From the IMG/VR virus record IMGVR_UViG_3300010885_081999, positions 39,726 to 103,725 of that record: a stretch of 64,000 nucleotides of DNA; one strand, 5' to 3'. This document shows positions 8,310 through 18,027 of this stretch, in pieces (the stretch's first letter is position 1; each line of letters opens with the position of its first letter). This stretch comes from a virus. Both the position numbers and the translations under genes were made by a program. The notes beneath the pieces are model-generated. The model saw only the letters and a program-made list of their open reading frames with translations. It made no database searches and was not told the origin of the DNA.

Positions 8310-9457
8310 CACTTCAGCTCCAAGTTAAAGCCAACGAGGTCCACGCCAAGGGGATGAGGTCCCCACGTGATCCTGTACGGTTCGCCACGCAGCGACTGCT
8401 GGTTGTTCCAATGCGACACATAAGCGTCGAGAGCCTTCTCGGCTTTCGCATCGAAGCCACCCGGAACGGATGCCTTGACGGGCACGAGAGTCTCGGAGTT
8501 TCGGCCCTCGCCGATCCGATACTTCTTGATGCCTGCTGGAACCGTCGACTTGCGGACGGAGAATATCTTCTCCGCCTTCTCGATGTACTCTGAGGACGAG
8601 AGCGACGCCTCGAGGAGGTCTGCGACGGGATTCGCTGGTACTTCGATGACGGGCATCACGGCCTCGTCGAGGTGTGCCTCGGACCGAAGCCGGCGGACGA
8701 TCGACATCAGCGATCCTTCACCGAGGACCTCCTTGTCGCGGTCCTCGATGCACTTGTATATCGCCTTGAGAAGCTTCTCTCTGTCCACCTTCACGCCTGA
8801 AGTGGCGTAGTGCGAGGCGGAGACCCGAGTCGCGAGGATCTCTTCCCACTGTCCCTCCAGGTTGGTGCCGTATTCCTTGCACAGCTTGTGTGCGAGCCTC
8901 TCGTACCAAGTGTCGGGCAGGTCCTTCAGGGGATCGGGAGACTTGACTGCGTCGCCGAGCGGGCCGTCGCCGTACATGTCGAAGGGCTCGTCCTGGGTCT
9001 TCGGCGTCGGAAGTCCTCCTTCTGCGAGGCGCTTCTCACGGGCGATCGAACGAAGCTGATCGTCACCGGGATTCATCTTGACGGCCTCCTTCACGAGGGA
9101 GAGGGGGAGGCGGCGTGCAGCGGCACATCTCACGGAAGACGCTGCGTCTTCGAGGAGCCTGGCTGCGTGTCTCTCTGGAAGGAGACGGGCTGCGACCTTG
9201 CGGAGGACGACGGACTTGCTCGATGCCGCCTCGATGAGGACGGTGGTCTTTATCGCGGTGCGGTTGACTCCTCGTCCCGTGGACTCGAGGAGGTCGAGTT
9301 GTTCGATGGCGGCCTCTGCGACTTTCTCGCAGTTGCTTGAGACCATCACCGGAGGCCCAAATACTCTGAAAAGCTCGTCGCGAAGTGCGGTTCTGCTCTT
9401 CTCTTCTCTAATTGTGTTCTTCGCTACTCGCTGCAGCTCTTGAAGCTTCAGATGCAT
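8309..9457 (-). CDS. Hypothetical protein with short HEAT/LRV-like repeats
   Basis: LRKVAARLLP and VRCAAARRLP repeats; GGAG RBS; ATACTTA upstream. Confidence 0.65.
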   Translation of the reverse strand: MHLKLQELQRVAKNTIREEKSRTALRDELFRVFGPPVMVSSNCEKVAEAAIEQLDLLESTGRGVNRTAIKTTVLIEAASSKSVVLRKVAARLLPERHAARLLEDAASSVRCAAARRLPLSLVKEAVKMNPGDDQLRSIAREKRLAEGGLPTPKTQDEPFDMYGDGPLGDAVKSPDPLKDLPDTWYERLAHKLCKEYGTNLEGQWEEILATRVSASHYATSGVKVDREKLLKAIYKCIEDRDKEVLGEGSLMSIVRRLRSEAHLDEAVMPVIEVPANPVADLLEASLSSSEYIEKAEKIFSVRKSTVPAGIKKYRIGEGRNSETLVPVKASVPGGFDAKAEKALDAYVSHWNNQQSLRGEPYRITWGPHPLGVDLVGFNLELK

Positions 9458-9505
9458 GTTGAATAGACTCCTTTGCGTAAGTATCCGACAAGGAGTAAAT
9501 CATAA

Positions 9506-9694
9506 TCACTTAGAGGACAATTTCATGTCCTTTGCCCATGCCCTGATCTTCTTCTTCGCCCAGTTGGGGACATAGACGCTGTCCTCTTCGAAGGCAGGAT
9601 CGTCCATGAGCTCCATGGTATAGGTCTCGTCAGGCTGTGATCCTCCGAAGACCTTCCTCACTGTCTCGCGTAGTTGTCCTATCGTCATCCTCAT
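9506..9694 (-). CDS. Small protein with leader variant MRMTIGQLRETVR
   Basis: ATACTTA 6 nt upstream of ATG 9694. Confidence 0.6.
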   Translation of the reverse strand: MRMTIGQLRETVRKVFGGSQPDETYTMELMDDPAFEEDSVYVPNWAKKKIRAWAKDMKLSSK

Positions 9695-10227
9695 GACTGG
9701 TAAGTATCGCTTCCGAAGAAAGCAGTCCAGTCGGGATGCCACGTGTGGTGAGGATTGTACTCCCAGAAGTGGAGTACGCTAGGATCTGTCGGGTTCTTTC
9801 GAAGCTGCATTCCGACCTCCGACAGCGTCCGAGACCCCTTCTTCCAGTTGCACCGCTTGCACGACGCGACGCAGTTCTTCCAGTTAGTCGGTCCGCCTCT
9901 GGATCGCGGCATGACGTGGTCGATCGTGATCGTCTTCTGGTCGAGCTTGATGCCGCAGTACTGACACTGCCAGTTGTCACGATTGAACAACACCCACTTC
10001 CTGAAGCGAGGCGCGGTGTACTTCCTGTTGACTCTCTCGAGGAGTCGAAGAGTCGCAGGCATCTCGAACGACCTCGAGGGTGAGGACACCCTCTCGTTCC
10101 ACAGACTTGGCCTCTCGCTCATCGAGATGACCTCGGCACGTCCCTTGAAGATGAGGTTGAGGGCTCTGAAGCCCGACACGAAGTTGAGAGGCGACCAATC
10201 TGCGTTGAGGAGGAGTACTCTGTTCAT
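9691..10227 (-). CDS. HNH endonuclease (McrA-like)
   Basis: VLLLNAD start; RD..CQYCG...TIDHV.PRSRGG...W.N.V..C..CN..K. Confidence 0.9.
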   Translation of the reverse strand: MNRVLLLNADWSPLNFVSGFRALNLIFKGRAEVISMSERPSLWNERVSSPSRSFEMPATLRLLERVNRKYTAPRFRKWVLFNRDNWQCQYCGIKLDQKTITIDHVMPRSRGGPTNWKNCVASCKRCNWKKGSRTLSEVGMQLRKNPTDPSVLHFWEYNPHHTWHPDWTAFFGSDTYQS

Positions 10228-11180
10228 GACATCATCTTGAAGTCGAAGAAGACCTCGCCGGTATCCGCGTCTACGTGAGTGATGGCACCGATGGGAATCG
10301 GGCTCGTGTGAGGACCATGTGAGAAGCTGTAGCCGTACGTGCAAGGAACACCTGCACCGAAGTATTCGAGTATGACGTCCTCCACGGAGGGCACCTTGGG
10401 ATCTGTCCTGCAGTCGACGTCCTCGAACTCTCCGATCACGACGGCGGAGAGGCACGTGTAGAAGCCTGCGAGGCGAAGATGGAGAAGCTCACGTGAGATC
10501 TCTTCGCCGCCCTTGTGGACGTCCTCGATGAACAAGACCTTCCCACCGGGATCTGGCATGTATGGGGTTCCGATGAGATGCACGAAGGTGTCCATGTTGC
10601 CTCCCACGGCGATGCCGACCGCGGAGCCCGGCGACACCACCCTGGGAAAGTGAGGATTGAAGTCGAAGGGACGAGAGCCCCACACCTGATCGGACTTCAG
10701 CAGCTCCAGCGTCAGCTTGAAGGACTCAGAGTCTGCCTCGCGGATCTTCCGCCCCTTGTCGAGCCTTATCGACGGTGTCTGGGCATTGAAGCTGATGAGA
10801 CCCGATTTCGAGAGGATGCCCGTGTTGATGGCGGTGAGGTCGGACATCCCGACGAAGGCCTTGCGAGATGCACGAATCGTGTCGTAGTCGAGGTAGGGAA
10901 GGAGCGCCGCACTTCCCTCGCCGCCCACCGCGCCGATCACACCTGCGACGCTGGGATTCGAGAAGGCCCAGTTGAGCTCGTCGACCCTGTCCTTGACGGA
11001 GGCAGCATGGGCTGCCGTGGTCTTCAACGACTTGACGCAAGGACCGAGAACGGGTTCGAGTCCGCACTCTCTGATGATGTCTATGCCTGCCTGAACCTCA
11101 TCTGTGATGATAGGACCGGAAGGTGCCACGATCGCGACTCTTGAACCCGAACGCAATCGCTTAGGTGAGATGATGTTCAT
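10224..11180 (-). CDS. LD-carboxypeptidase (peptidase S66, LdcA/MccF family)
   Basis: IVAPSG, GMSDLT (Ser), GGN, FIED (Glu), FSHG (His) triad motifs. Confidence 0.88.
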   Translation of the reverse strand: MNIISPKRLRSGSRVAIVAPSGPIITDEVQAGIDIIRECGLEPVLGPCVKSLKTTAAHAASVKDRVDELNWAFSNPSVAGVIGAVGGEGSAALLPYLDYDTIRASRKAFVGMSDLTAINTGILSKSGLISFNAQTPSIRLDKGRKIREADSESFKLTLELLKSDQVWGSRPFDFNPHFPRVVSPGSAVGIAVGGNMDTFVHLIGTPYMPDPGGKVLFIEDVHKGGEEISRELLHLRLAGFYTCLSAVVIGEFEDVDCRTDPKVPSVEDVILEYFGAGVPCTYGYSFSHGPHTSPIPIGAITHVDADTGEVFFDFKMMS

Positions 11181-11188
11181 GTCGTTAA

Positions 11189-11995
11189 CTATCCTTGGAT
11201 CTCGACCTTTTCGTTCGAGCCGAAGCGGGTCCTCATCACGTCGATTGCATGCTGACTTTCGTCGCACACGATGAAATTTCGACCTGTCTGTAGGGCGGCG
11301 TCGGCCGTCGTGCCGCTGCCTGCGAAAGGATCCACGACGAGCTCGCCGGCGTTCGAGGATGCGAGCACTGCCCTCTTCACGAGTTTCACGGGTTTCTGAT
11401 TGGGATATCCCAAGCGTTCCTTCGAGGCGGTACCGACGATAGACATCGACCAGACATCGGTAGGTACCTGACCCTCCATTATCCTCTTCTCGGCTTCCTC
11501 ACGAGTCCGGCCGACGTACTGTAGTTCCGGGGCTGCATAGGGCACCCTATCGATGTCGCCCCAGTTGAAGGTGTGTCGACCCTTCTTCTTGACGTAGACG
11601 AGGATGTTGTCATGCTTCGTGGGCCACTTGTCCTTTCCGCGACCGCCGAAGTTATACGACCACACGACGTCGTTGAGGAAGTTCTCCATTCCGAAGATCT
11701 CGTCGCACATCACCTTCGCATAGTGGACCCAGCGCCAGTCCAGGTGAAGGTAGAGAGTTCCTGTCTCCTTGAGGACCCTGTGCATGTCTCTCAGGTGAGG
11801 CTCCAAGAAATCGAGATAATCTTCGTACTTATCACAGTATTGTATTTTGGAGACTATGTTGCCGAGTTTGCGGCGAGCCATTGTCTGCATGTCACCCGTC
11901 CCAAACGGTGGGTCGGTATAGATCATGTCGACAGAGTCGGTCTGGAGCGACTCGAGAAGCTCCGACGCCCTGCACCGACGTATCGTGCCGCTCAT
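11189..11995 (-). CDS. DNA N6-adenine/N4-cytosine methyltransferase (beta class)
   Basis: DPPF catalytic motif precedes YPNQKP and DPFAGSGT. Confidence 0.9.
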   Translation of the reverse strand: MSGTIRRCRASELLESLQTDSVDMIYTDPPFGTGDMQTMARRKLGNIVSKIQYCDKYEDYLDFLEPHLRDMHRVLKETGTLYLHLDWRWVHYAKVMCDEIFGMENFLNDVVWSYNFGGRGKDKWPTKHDNILVYVKKKGRHTFNWGDIDRVPYAAPELQYVGRTREEAEKRIMEGQVPTDVWSMSIVGTASKERLGYPNQKPVKLVKRAVLASSNAGELVVDPFAGSGTTADAALQTGRNFIVCDESQHAIDVMRTRFGSNEKVEIQG

Positions 11996-12777
11996 CGCTT
12001 CCTCTTGCCGTTTCTCAGTGCCTCGACGGCCTCGTCGAACATCTTCGTGTCTCGCTCGACGCAGATCCAGCGCCTGTCCAGCTTCCTCGCGGCGAAGGCA
12101 GCAGTCATGGATCCTGCGAAGGGATCGAGGACCCAGTCGCCCGGGTTCGTGTTCGCCTCGATGGGAATCTCGTACACCTTCAGCGGCTTCTGTGTCGGAT
12201 GGACCTTGCCGCTGAAGATCTCCGTGGTGTCCATCCACACGTTGGTTCGACGGTAGAACTCGCTCTTCGCCGGGTATTTGGCGTTGTAGCCGGCGTAGCC
12301 TCTCTTCGTCTCGAGGTACGGCACGTTAAAGACTGCAGGCTTCTTGACGTTTCCCTTCACGAGGTAGAGTACGTCCTCCCGCGTTGCGAGGTAGTTGTGT
12401 TGAACTCCGTACGCCCTCTTCTTCGACCACGTGATGATGTTCGCCATGCGGAGAGGTGTCTCACCCTCGAGACGTGCAGCATATTCGAAAAACGGCCTGA
12501 ATCCCGGCACGCCGTAGCCACCCCAGACATAGAACGCCCCTCCGTCCACGAGAAGGTCCGTGTAGGAATTGGTCCAGCCCATCATCCAGTCGACGAAGGC
12601 CTTCTGACCCTTGTTCCACTTGTCCCATTCTTCATCGATGATGTTTCCGTAGGGAGGGTCGGTGACGACGAGGTGGGAAAGCTTGTCGCCCATTCTGGAC
12701 TTCACCTCATCGAGGACGTCCTGTTGTGTACAGTCACCGTTGATGGCGACGCCATCGTTGAAAACTTCGACTCTCAT
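11992..12777 (-). CDS. DNA N6-adenine/N4-cytosine methyltransferase (beta class)
   Basis: DPPY, HPTQKP, DPFAGS. Confidence 0.9.
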   Translation of the reverse strand: MRVEVFNDGVAINGDCTQQDVLDEVKSRMGDKLSHLVVTDPPYGNIIDEEWDKWNKGQKAFVDWMMGWTNSYTDLLVDGGAFYVWGGYGVPGFRPFFEYAARLEGETPLRMANIITWSKKRAYGVQHNYLATREDVLYLVKGNVKKPAVFNVPYLETKRGYAGYNAKYPAKSEFYRRTNVWMDTTEIFSGKVHPTQKPLKVYEIPIEANTNPGDWVLDPFAGSMTAAFAARKLDRRWICVERDTKMFDEAVEALRNGKRKR

Positions 12778-12827
12778 GTGCCTCTCATCGTCATTATAGT
12801 CAACGCGGCTTCGATGTTCAGATCCTG

Positions 12828-13691
12828 TCAAGGCAGCTGGATCGTGCCAATCATGCGAGGATTTCCGTACTCCGCCCCGCCGACGTGACAGAACAAGTTC
12901 TCCTCGATCTGATCGTCGAACTGTCCGTGGGTGTGGCCACAGAACACCTCGAACCTCGTCTGAGGGTTTGCTGCAGCGACATCAGTCAATGCGTCGCCCA
13001 TCAGCTTCGAAGTGTACCACGGCATCGCCGCGGCGGAACCCGATTTCCCGTTGTGACGATGCACTTGTGGAAAAGGCGGGACATGCGTGAGGACGATCAC
13101 TATCCGATGATCGCGAGCAGCAGCAGATGCGACTTCTCTCACGTGCTCTGCGGCCTCGAACGAGGCCTTCCTGGAGATCGAGACGATGTTTCCAATGGAG
13201 AAGTTCGCTAGCGGTAGAAGACGGGCCCAGGGAAGTCCCGTGGAACCCGCATTGACGTAGTCCTCGATCTTGTGCCAGTCCGTCATGACGATGTTGGAAC
13301 GGGCGACATCTCCCCAGTAAGCATCGTACCAACCGTCGTGGCCCACCACGGCAGTGTTCTCCGTGAGCGAAACGTGTCTTTCGTTGGTGAGATACCGAAG
13401 GTTCTTGGAGTCCTTGCAAAGGGAAACGACTTCACCCCTCACTCTCTCGAAAGATCCACCGTAGAAATCGTGGTTGCCGAGGACGAAATAGATGGGTTTG
13501 TCCACGACCGAATCGAGTATCCTGAGATGGCGAACGATGTCGTTTGCCAAGGAGATGTCACCTGTCAAGAAGACGCCGTCCACGCCAGAATTCGACAGAG
13601 GACGTGCGAATTCCTCGTGGACCCGCCCGGTTTCGTTGGGACCGTCGATGAAATCGAGATGGATGTCGGTGCACCATGCGAATTTCTTCAC
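12828..13691 (-). CDS. Calcineurin-like metallophosphoesterase
   Basis: DIH, GD, GNHD, H, GHTH motifs. Confidence 0.88.
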   Translation of the reverse strand: MKKFAWCTDIHLDFIDGPNETGRVHEEFARPLSNSGVDGVFLTGDISLANDIVRHLRILDSVVDKPIYFVLGNHDFYGGSFERVRGEVVSLCKDSKNLRYLTNERHVSLTENTAVVGHDGWYDAYWGDVARSNIVMTDWHKIEDYVNAGSTGLPWARLLPLANFSIGNIVSISRKASFEAAEHVREVASAAARDHRIVIVLTHVPPFPQVHRHNGKSGSAAAMPWYTSKLMGDALTDVAAANPQTRFEVFCGHTHGQFDDQIEENLFCHVGGAEYGNPRMIGTIQLP

Positions 13692-14173
13692 TTCGTGGTT
13701 CCTGTAGTCCAGCGTTGAGCCCGCTTCTTTTCATACTCCTCACGGCAAGGAGCACAGAGGGTTCTGATCCAGCCGTCGTTGGACGACTTTCCTGGGTTGC
13801 CGCATTCCTCACAGAGCTTGTATGACATCGCCTCAGTCATTCGAATCATGCCGTGCACCTCTTCGTCAGCATATCCGACGTAGAAGCGAAGGCCTCCGAA
13901 CTTCTCCTTCACCTGTGCGGCGACGACCTGAAGGTCTTCCTCGGGCACGAGGTCTTCTTCTTTGACCTCGCCCCGGGCGTGAGCATACTTTTGTCTGCTG
14001 ATCTTTTGATCGACGTGTTGCTGGATCTGGTAACAAAGGGTGTCGATCAGGTCGTACCAGCCGTCGGCGCATGAAAATCCCCAGCACATGCAGGTCGCTT
14101 GTGGAGAACCGTTTCGGTCACGAAAGATCTTGGGATACTTCTCGCAGAGCTGTGCGTCTTTCTCGGGAGTCAT
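13688..14173 (-). CDS. Conserved phage hypothetical protein with C-terminal Zn ribbon
   Basis: QVKEKFGGLRFY...CEECG...GWIRTLC. Confidence 0.7.
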   Translation of the reverse strand: MTPEKDAQLCEKYPKIFRDRNGSPQATCMCWGFSCADGWYDLIDTLCYQIQQHVDQKISRQKYAHARGEVKEEDLVPEEDLQVVAAQVKEKFGGLRFYVGYADEEVHGMIRMTEAMSYKLCEECGNPGKSSNDGWIRTLCAPCREEYEKKRAQRWTTGTTK

Positions 14174-14239
14174 AGAATCATGATATACCAAACAGTGTCA
14201 GTTATACACTGAGTGAAGAAATATCGAGATCGTTGCGGC

Positions 14240-14277
14240 AAAACAAGAGTGCCTCTGAGCGGGGTACTCAGAGGCAC
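14240..14277 (-). terminator. Intrinsic terminator
   Basis: GTGCCTCTGAG/CTCAGAGGCAC stem followed by a T-rich tail on the minus strand. Confidence 0.7.
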
Positions 14278-14282
14278 ATCTG

Positions 14283-15455
14283 TCAGGCAGCGATCTTAAT
14301 CGCGTCCAGATCGTCAAGTGCTGCAAGAATCTTGGCGATGGATCCCTCGTCTGCCTCGGGTCCAACTGCCTTCTTGACGTCTTCTAGCGCTGCGCCGTAT
14401 TTTTTCTTGGCTTCTTCGGCAGCTTCTTTGGCCTTTTCGTCGCTCTTGCCTATGTTCTTGAGGTCTACGCCTGCATCTTTAGCTGCCTTCTCGATAGCCT
14501 CGGGCTTCTTCTCGCCGATCTTCGCAATGACTCCTTCGAGTCCTATGTCGCCGATCTGCTTCTCGAGCTCATCCACATTTATCTTCAAGGCTTTGGCAAG
14601 GTTTTCTCTGAAGCCGTCGTACATCGCTGTCTTCTGCTGAAGACCCTTGGCAAGGTCTTCTGCCTCTTCTTTCCAATTGTGATCGTCTTCTGTCAACAAG
14701 CCTCTTCTGCCGCCGAAGCCTGCAAGCTGCTGCCACCTCTCAATGATTCTTTTCCCTCTTTCTTGAGAGGCACCGACTTCTTTCGCCGCCTTGAGCAAGT
14801 CTTTGGCGTTAGGTCTGAAGATGCCTTCCGCCACAAGATGTCCAGACTTCATCAGCGCTTGGATGACTTGCGAAGTCAACTTGACATCCGTCCCTGTTTG
14901 CTTTGAGATGGATTTAGCAAGAACTTCTGTGGCTTTTTCGGGAGTGACCTTCTTTTCTTCAGCATCAGCAAGTGCTTTGTCGGGATCTATGTTCGCTGCC
15001 TGCGCAGCGCTTCTGACAAGAGCAGGAGTCGCCTGTTCTGGCTTGCCAGGATCGATTGCTGTGCCTGGCTTTGGCCCGCCAGATTCACCCTTGTCTCCGC
15101 CCTCGCCGCCTGTGGGCTTCGCAGAAGCGACTGCGGCGGGATCCACGCCGGCACCATCCAGGACTCCTTTGAGGAATTCATTCACGACTCCTTCGTCAAC
15201 GCCTGCTTTTGACGCAACGTCCTTGAGATCCTTCACCGCCTTGGTGATGTTGTCCTTGGCAGTGGCGAAGAGCTTCTGGTTCGCTTTGTCCTTGAAGAGC
15301 TTACCAAGATCAGCACCTACTTCCATGCCGCCTCCGAGAAATGCCTTGACCTTGTCAAGGAATCCCAGCTCGAGGAGCATGTCGTACTGCCTGTTGCTGA
15401 TATTGCCTTCAAGAAGTTGCGTGTAAAGCTTGTACTTCAGTGCAGCGTTATTCAT
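14283..15455 (-). CDS. Ala/Lys-rich helical hypothetical protein with ERWQQLAG motif; putative virion protein
   Basis: Long ORF; ATACTTA upstream; several (L/V)xE sites. Confidence 0.7.
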   Translation of the reverse strand: MNNAALKYKLYTQLLEGNISNRQYDMLLELGFLDKVKAFLGGGMEVGADLGKLFKDKANQKLFATAKDNITKAVKDLKDVASKAGVDEGVVNEFLKGVLDGAGVDPAAVASAKPTGGEGGDKGESGGPKPGTAIDPGKPEQATPALVRSAAQAANIDPDKALADAEEKKVTPEKATEVLAKSISKQTGTDVKLTSQVIQALMKSGHLVAEGIFRPNAKDLLKAAKEVGASQERGKRIIERWQQLAGFGGRRGLLTEDDHNWKEEAEDLAKGLQQKTAMYDGFRENLAKALKINVDELEKQIGDIGLEGVIAKIGEKKPEAIEKAAKDAGVDLKNIGKSDEKAKEAAEEAKKKYGAALEDVKKAVGPEADEGSIAKILAALDDLDAIKIAA

Positions 15456-15492
15456 TGCGTGTTTCCTCATCAGAACTAAGTATCTTGCAATC

Positions 15493-15536
15493 AAAAAAAG
15501 AAAGCGACAGGAGTACAGAAGAGCCCCTGTCGCTTC
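15493..15536 (-). terminator. Intrinsic terminator after Hsp20
   Basis: AAGCGACAGG/CCTGTCGCTT stem followed by T7. Confidence 0.75.
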
Positions 15537-15555
15537 GGTATCGTATCTGTGATTT

Positions 15556-15939
15556 CTACTTCAGTTTGATCTCAATGTTCTTGACTGACGCAGCTGCCGT
15601 CTTCTTGAACGATAGGGTCAGGACTCCGTCCTCAAGCGAGGCATCAGCAGTGTCAGCGTCGTATTCTCTAGAGAGTCGATAGGTGTGCTTGAAGTCTTCT
15701 CCTCGAAGCTTGCCGGTCACCTTCACGTCCCTCCCCGTGACCTGCACGGAAAGGTCAGTCGATTTGACGCCGGGAAGATCGATCGACAGTCTGAGTCCTG
15801 AGTCAGTGGCTTCTGTGCGATATGCCGACGACGTCCATTTCTTCGATCTCGACGCTGTCCCATAGTAGTCGTCGAAGAGGCGAAAAGTGTCGAAGAGGTC
15901 GGGTGTCTTCAGCATCGAATCGTAGTAATTGACAAGCAT
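15556..15939 (-). CDS. Small heat shock protein (Hsp20/alpha-crystallin)
   Basis: DLPGV...A.LEDGVLTL...IEI. Confidence 0.88.
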   Translation of the reverse strand: MLVNYYDSMLKTPDLFDTFRLFDDYYGTASRSKKWTSSAYRTEATDSGLRLSIDLPGVKSTDLSVQVTGRDVKVTGKLRGEDFKHTYRLSREYDADTADASLEDGVLTLSFKKTAAASVKNIEIKLK

Positions 15940-16113
15940 GACGTTTCTTTCTCCTTTGTTCTGACGAGGTTGTCTCCTCGTTGGAATGCAAGATAATCAC
16001 CTCGCGGAAGGAGGTAACCCCTCGAGAGAAAACTTTTTACTCGTCGTCGTCCATTACGAAGAATCTTACGTAGAACAACACGGAAAACATGCACACGAGA
16101 ACGATGAAGGAGA

Positions 16114-16353
16114 TCACACGAAGAACTTGCCTCTCAGGTCCTTCTTCTCGGCGGCCTCTGATTCGTACTTCTTGTGCATGTCCTCGACCGACTTGACGTA
16201 CTCGGGATCCAGAGTGAGACAGTTCTCTTCTGTCTTGTCCTCTACGAGGCGAACTTGACGAAAGAGGTCAGCGCCATCGATCCCAAAGATGACGGCTTCT
16301 TGAAAGATCTGGATCATGCGCATCGCGACGGCGTCTGAAATCTTGTAGCTCAT
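16114..16353 (-). CDS. Hypothetical protein
   Basis: AGGAG RBS; TTGACC-17-TAGTAT promoter upstream. Confidence 0.7.
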   Translation of the reverse strand: MSYKISDAVAMRMIQIFQEAVIFGIDGADLFRQVRLVEDKTEENCLTLDPEYVKSVEDMHKKYESEAAEKKDLRGKFFV

Positions 16354-16398
16354 TGGTAAACTCCTGTGTGTCGATACTACACTGTTGACGATTTTCGG

Positions 16399-16992
16399 TC
16401 AAGCTGGGATGCAACGGACAGTTGCGAGGATCGTCCTAATCTCCTGTGCGACTTTCTCCTTCGACTTCTCACAGTCTACGACGTGGACCTTCTCCTCTTG
16501 AGCGTCCACCCACTTCGCGTAGAGATCCCTCACTTTTTGCTGCAGGACGGTGTCTTTCTCGTAGGCGTCCTCGGCCTCGTGGGCATGTGCCTTGCCGAGA
16601 AGGACGAGCGTGAAATCGGGACAACGTAGAAGTCGATACATCTTGTCGATCGTGGCCTCATCGATCCCCTCGGCCATTCCGTACACAGAAGTCGAAGGAC
16701 TCCACCTGTCGAAGATGATGTAGTCGTACTCGTGCTCGAGTTTGACGAGCTGGAAGCTCTGAAAAATCCATCTATTCAAGACCTGTAACCACTGGAAAGT
16801 TTTTGGAAACTTTTTCGCAGACCCATTCCGCAACATCCAGTAGATCAATCGATAGGTGACGTTGTCGTGGATCGGCACCTCGACGACGCATGCCCTCTTC
16901 TTGAGGGCTCCCGTGATGTGATCGCAGAGCATTTGGCTCTGTGTCGCCTTTCCGACACGGTCCGGTCCCTCGATGACGATGATCCTGCTCAT
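16399..16992 (-). CDS. tmk: Thymidylate kinase
   Basis: IEGPDRVGKATQ P-loop, FDRW motif. Confidence 0.85.
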   Translation of the reverse strand: MSRIIVIEGPDRVGKATQSQMLCDHITGALKKRACVVEVPIHDNVTYRLIYWMLRNGSAKKFPKTFQWLQVLNRWIFQSFQLVKLEHEYDYIIFDRWSPSTSVYGMAEGIDEATIDKMYRLLRCPDFTLVLLGKAHAHEAEDAYEKDTVLQQKVRDLYAKWVDAQEEKVHVVDCEKSKEKVAQEIRTILATVRCIPA

Positions 16993-17675
16993 TCGAACGG
17001 CTCCCTGAGAGTGCTCACATACTGTCCGTGTGGAACCATTTCCTCGAAAGTCAACTTGAACGCCTCCAGCGTGGCATCGAACACGCCGAGGTCGGACACC
17101 TGTGCGAGCATCTCGTGTGCAAGCTCCCTGACTTCGAGTTGTGCGTGCTTAGAATAGCGCAGCTTGAGAAAGTGATAGAAGCTGCGGAAGTTGAACATGA
17201 CGTCTGCTGTGATCTGGTTTCCGTAGGGGAGGTAGAATCGGGCAGATTCCTTTGCCCTCTTGCGAGGCATTCCTTTCGAGACGAGTCGTTCTAGCGTCTC
17301 GTGATACTTGTGGAGAGAATACTCGAGGTGTGTGATGTACTTCTCTCGTTCCTCGGTGTCCCAATCGACAGGAACATAGTACTTGTCGTCTTTCAACTCC
17401 TTGTATCGGGCCGACTCCGCATTGACGGAGACGCCGATTCGATGCTTCAAGATGTGAATGTGTGTCGCTACGTCCGTGGTGACGAGGAAGTGCAACGCAC
17501 TCTTCTCGAAGGGCGTCTCGTGACTGTTCTCAGCCAGCATCTGCAAGAGAGAAGGAATTCGGGCTCTCTTCTCTTCTGTCAAGTCTCTCGACGTCGACGT
17601 CCAAGCAGAGAGCCCGTGTGTTTCGTCGGAACCATAATGTCCGACAAGCTCTACTTTGTTTTCTTGTGCAGGCAT
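16989..17675 (-). CDS. thyX: FAD-dependent thymidylate synthase ThyX
   Basis: HETPFE, KHR-x8-SARY, ESARFYLP, N.RS..HFL.LR...AQ.E.R. Confidence 0.9.
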   Translation of the reverse strand: MPAQENKVELVGHYGSDETHGLSAWTSTSRDLTEEKRARIPSLLQMLAENSHETPFEKSALHFLVTTDVATHIHILKHRIGVSVNAESARYKELKDDKYYVPVDWDTEEREKYITHLEYSLHKYHETLERLVSKGMPRKRAKESARFYLPYGNQITADVMFNFRSFYHFLKLRYSKHAQLEVRELAHEMLAQVSDLGVFDATLEAFKLTFEEMVPHGQYVSTLREPFE

Positions 17676-17681
17676 GTTCCG

Positions 17682-17710
17682 ATCTTACACCGGAATGCGC
17701 CAAAGTTCAA
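17682..17710 (-). promoter_or_regulatory. Sigma70-like promoter TTGAAC-17-TAAGAT (representative copy; leaderless thyX)
   Basis: One of 13 similar -35/-10 pairs with 17-18 nt spacers before non-structural genes. Confidence 0.7.
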
Positions 17711-17731
17711 ACGTGAGGTGTCTTCTCAGTC

Positions 17732-18013
17732 TCAGAGAACGGCGTCGATCGCATGCATCATGATGCTGAAAATTGCCTCTGAGCGGACGTCGCCTCGTTC
17801 TGCCTTCTCAGCGTATGCCTGCATGAAGGCTTCTTCGAGACCCGGAAGCGAAAATACCTTGGGAGCATCCGTCGTCGTCGTGTAGAGGTCCCAGTAGTGT
17901 TTCGCCTCACGTGAGATTCGAGGATCAACGGGAGGTGCCACGTCGGCTTCGCCTAGAGCCTTCTGAGCTTCTTCTCTGATTATCCTGCGGAGTTGTGTCG
18001 TAGTGATCTTCAT
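17732..18013 (-). CDS. Hypothetical protein with MKITTTQLRRIIREEA leader
   Basis: Leader motif; ATAGTTA and AGGAG upstream. Confidence 0.75.
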   Translation of the reverse strand: MKITTTQLRRIIREEAQKALGEADVAPPVDPRISREAKHYWDLYTTTTDAPKVFSLPGLEEAFMQAYAEKAERGDVRSEAIFSIMMHAIDAVL

Positions 18014-18027
18014 GACGCTTCTCCTAA

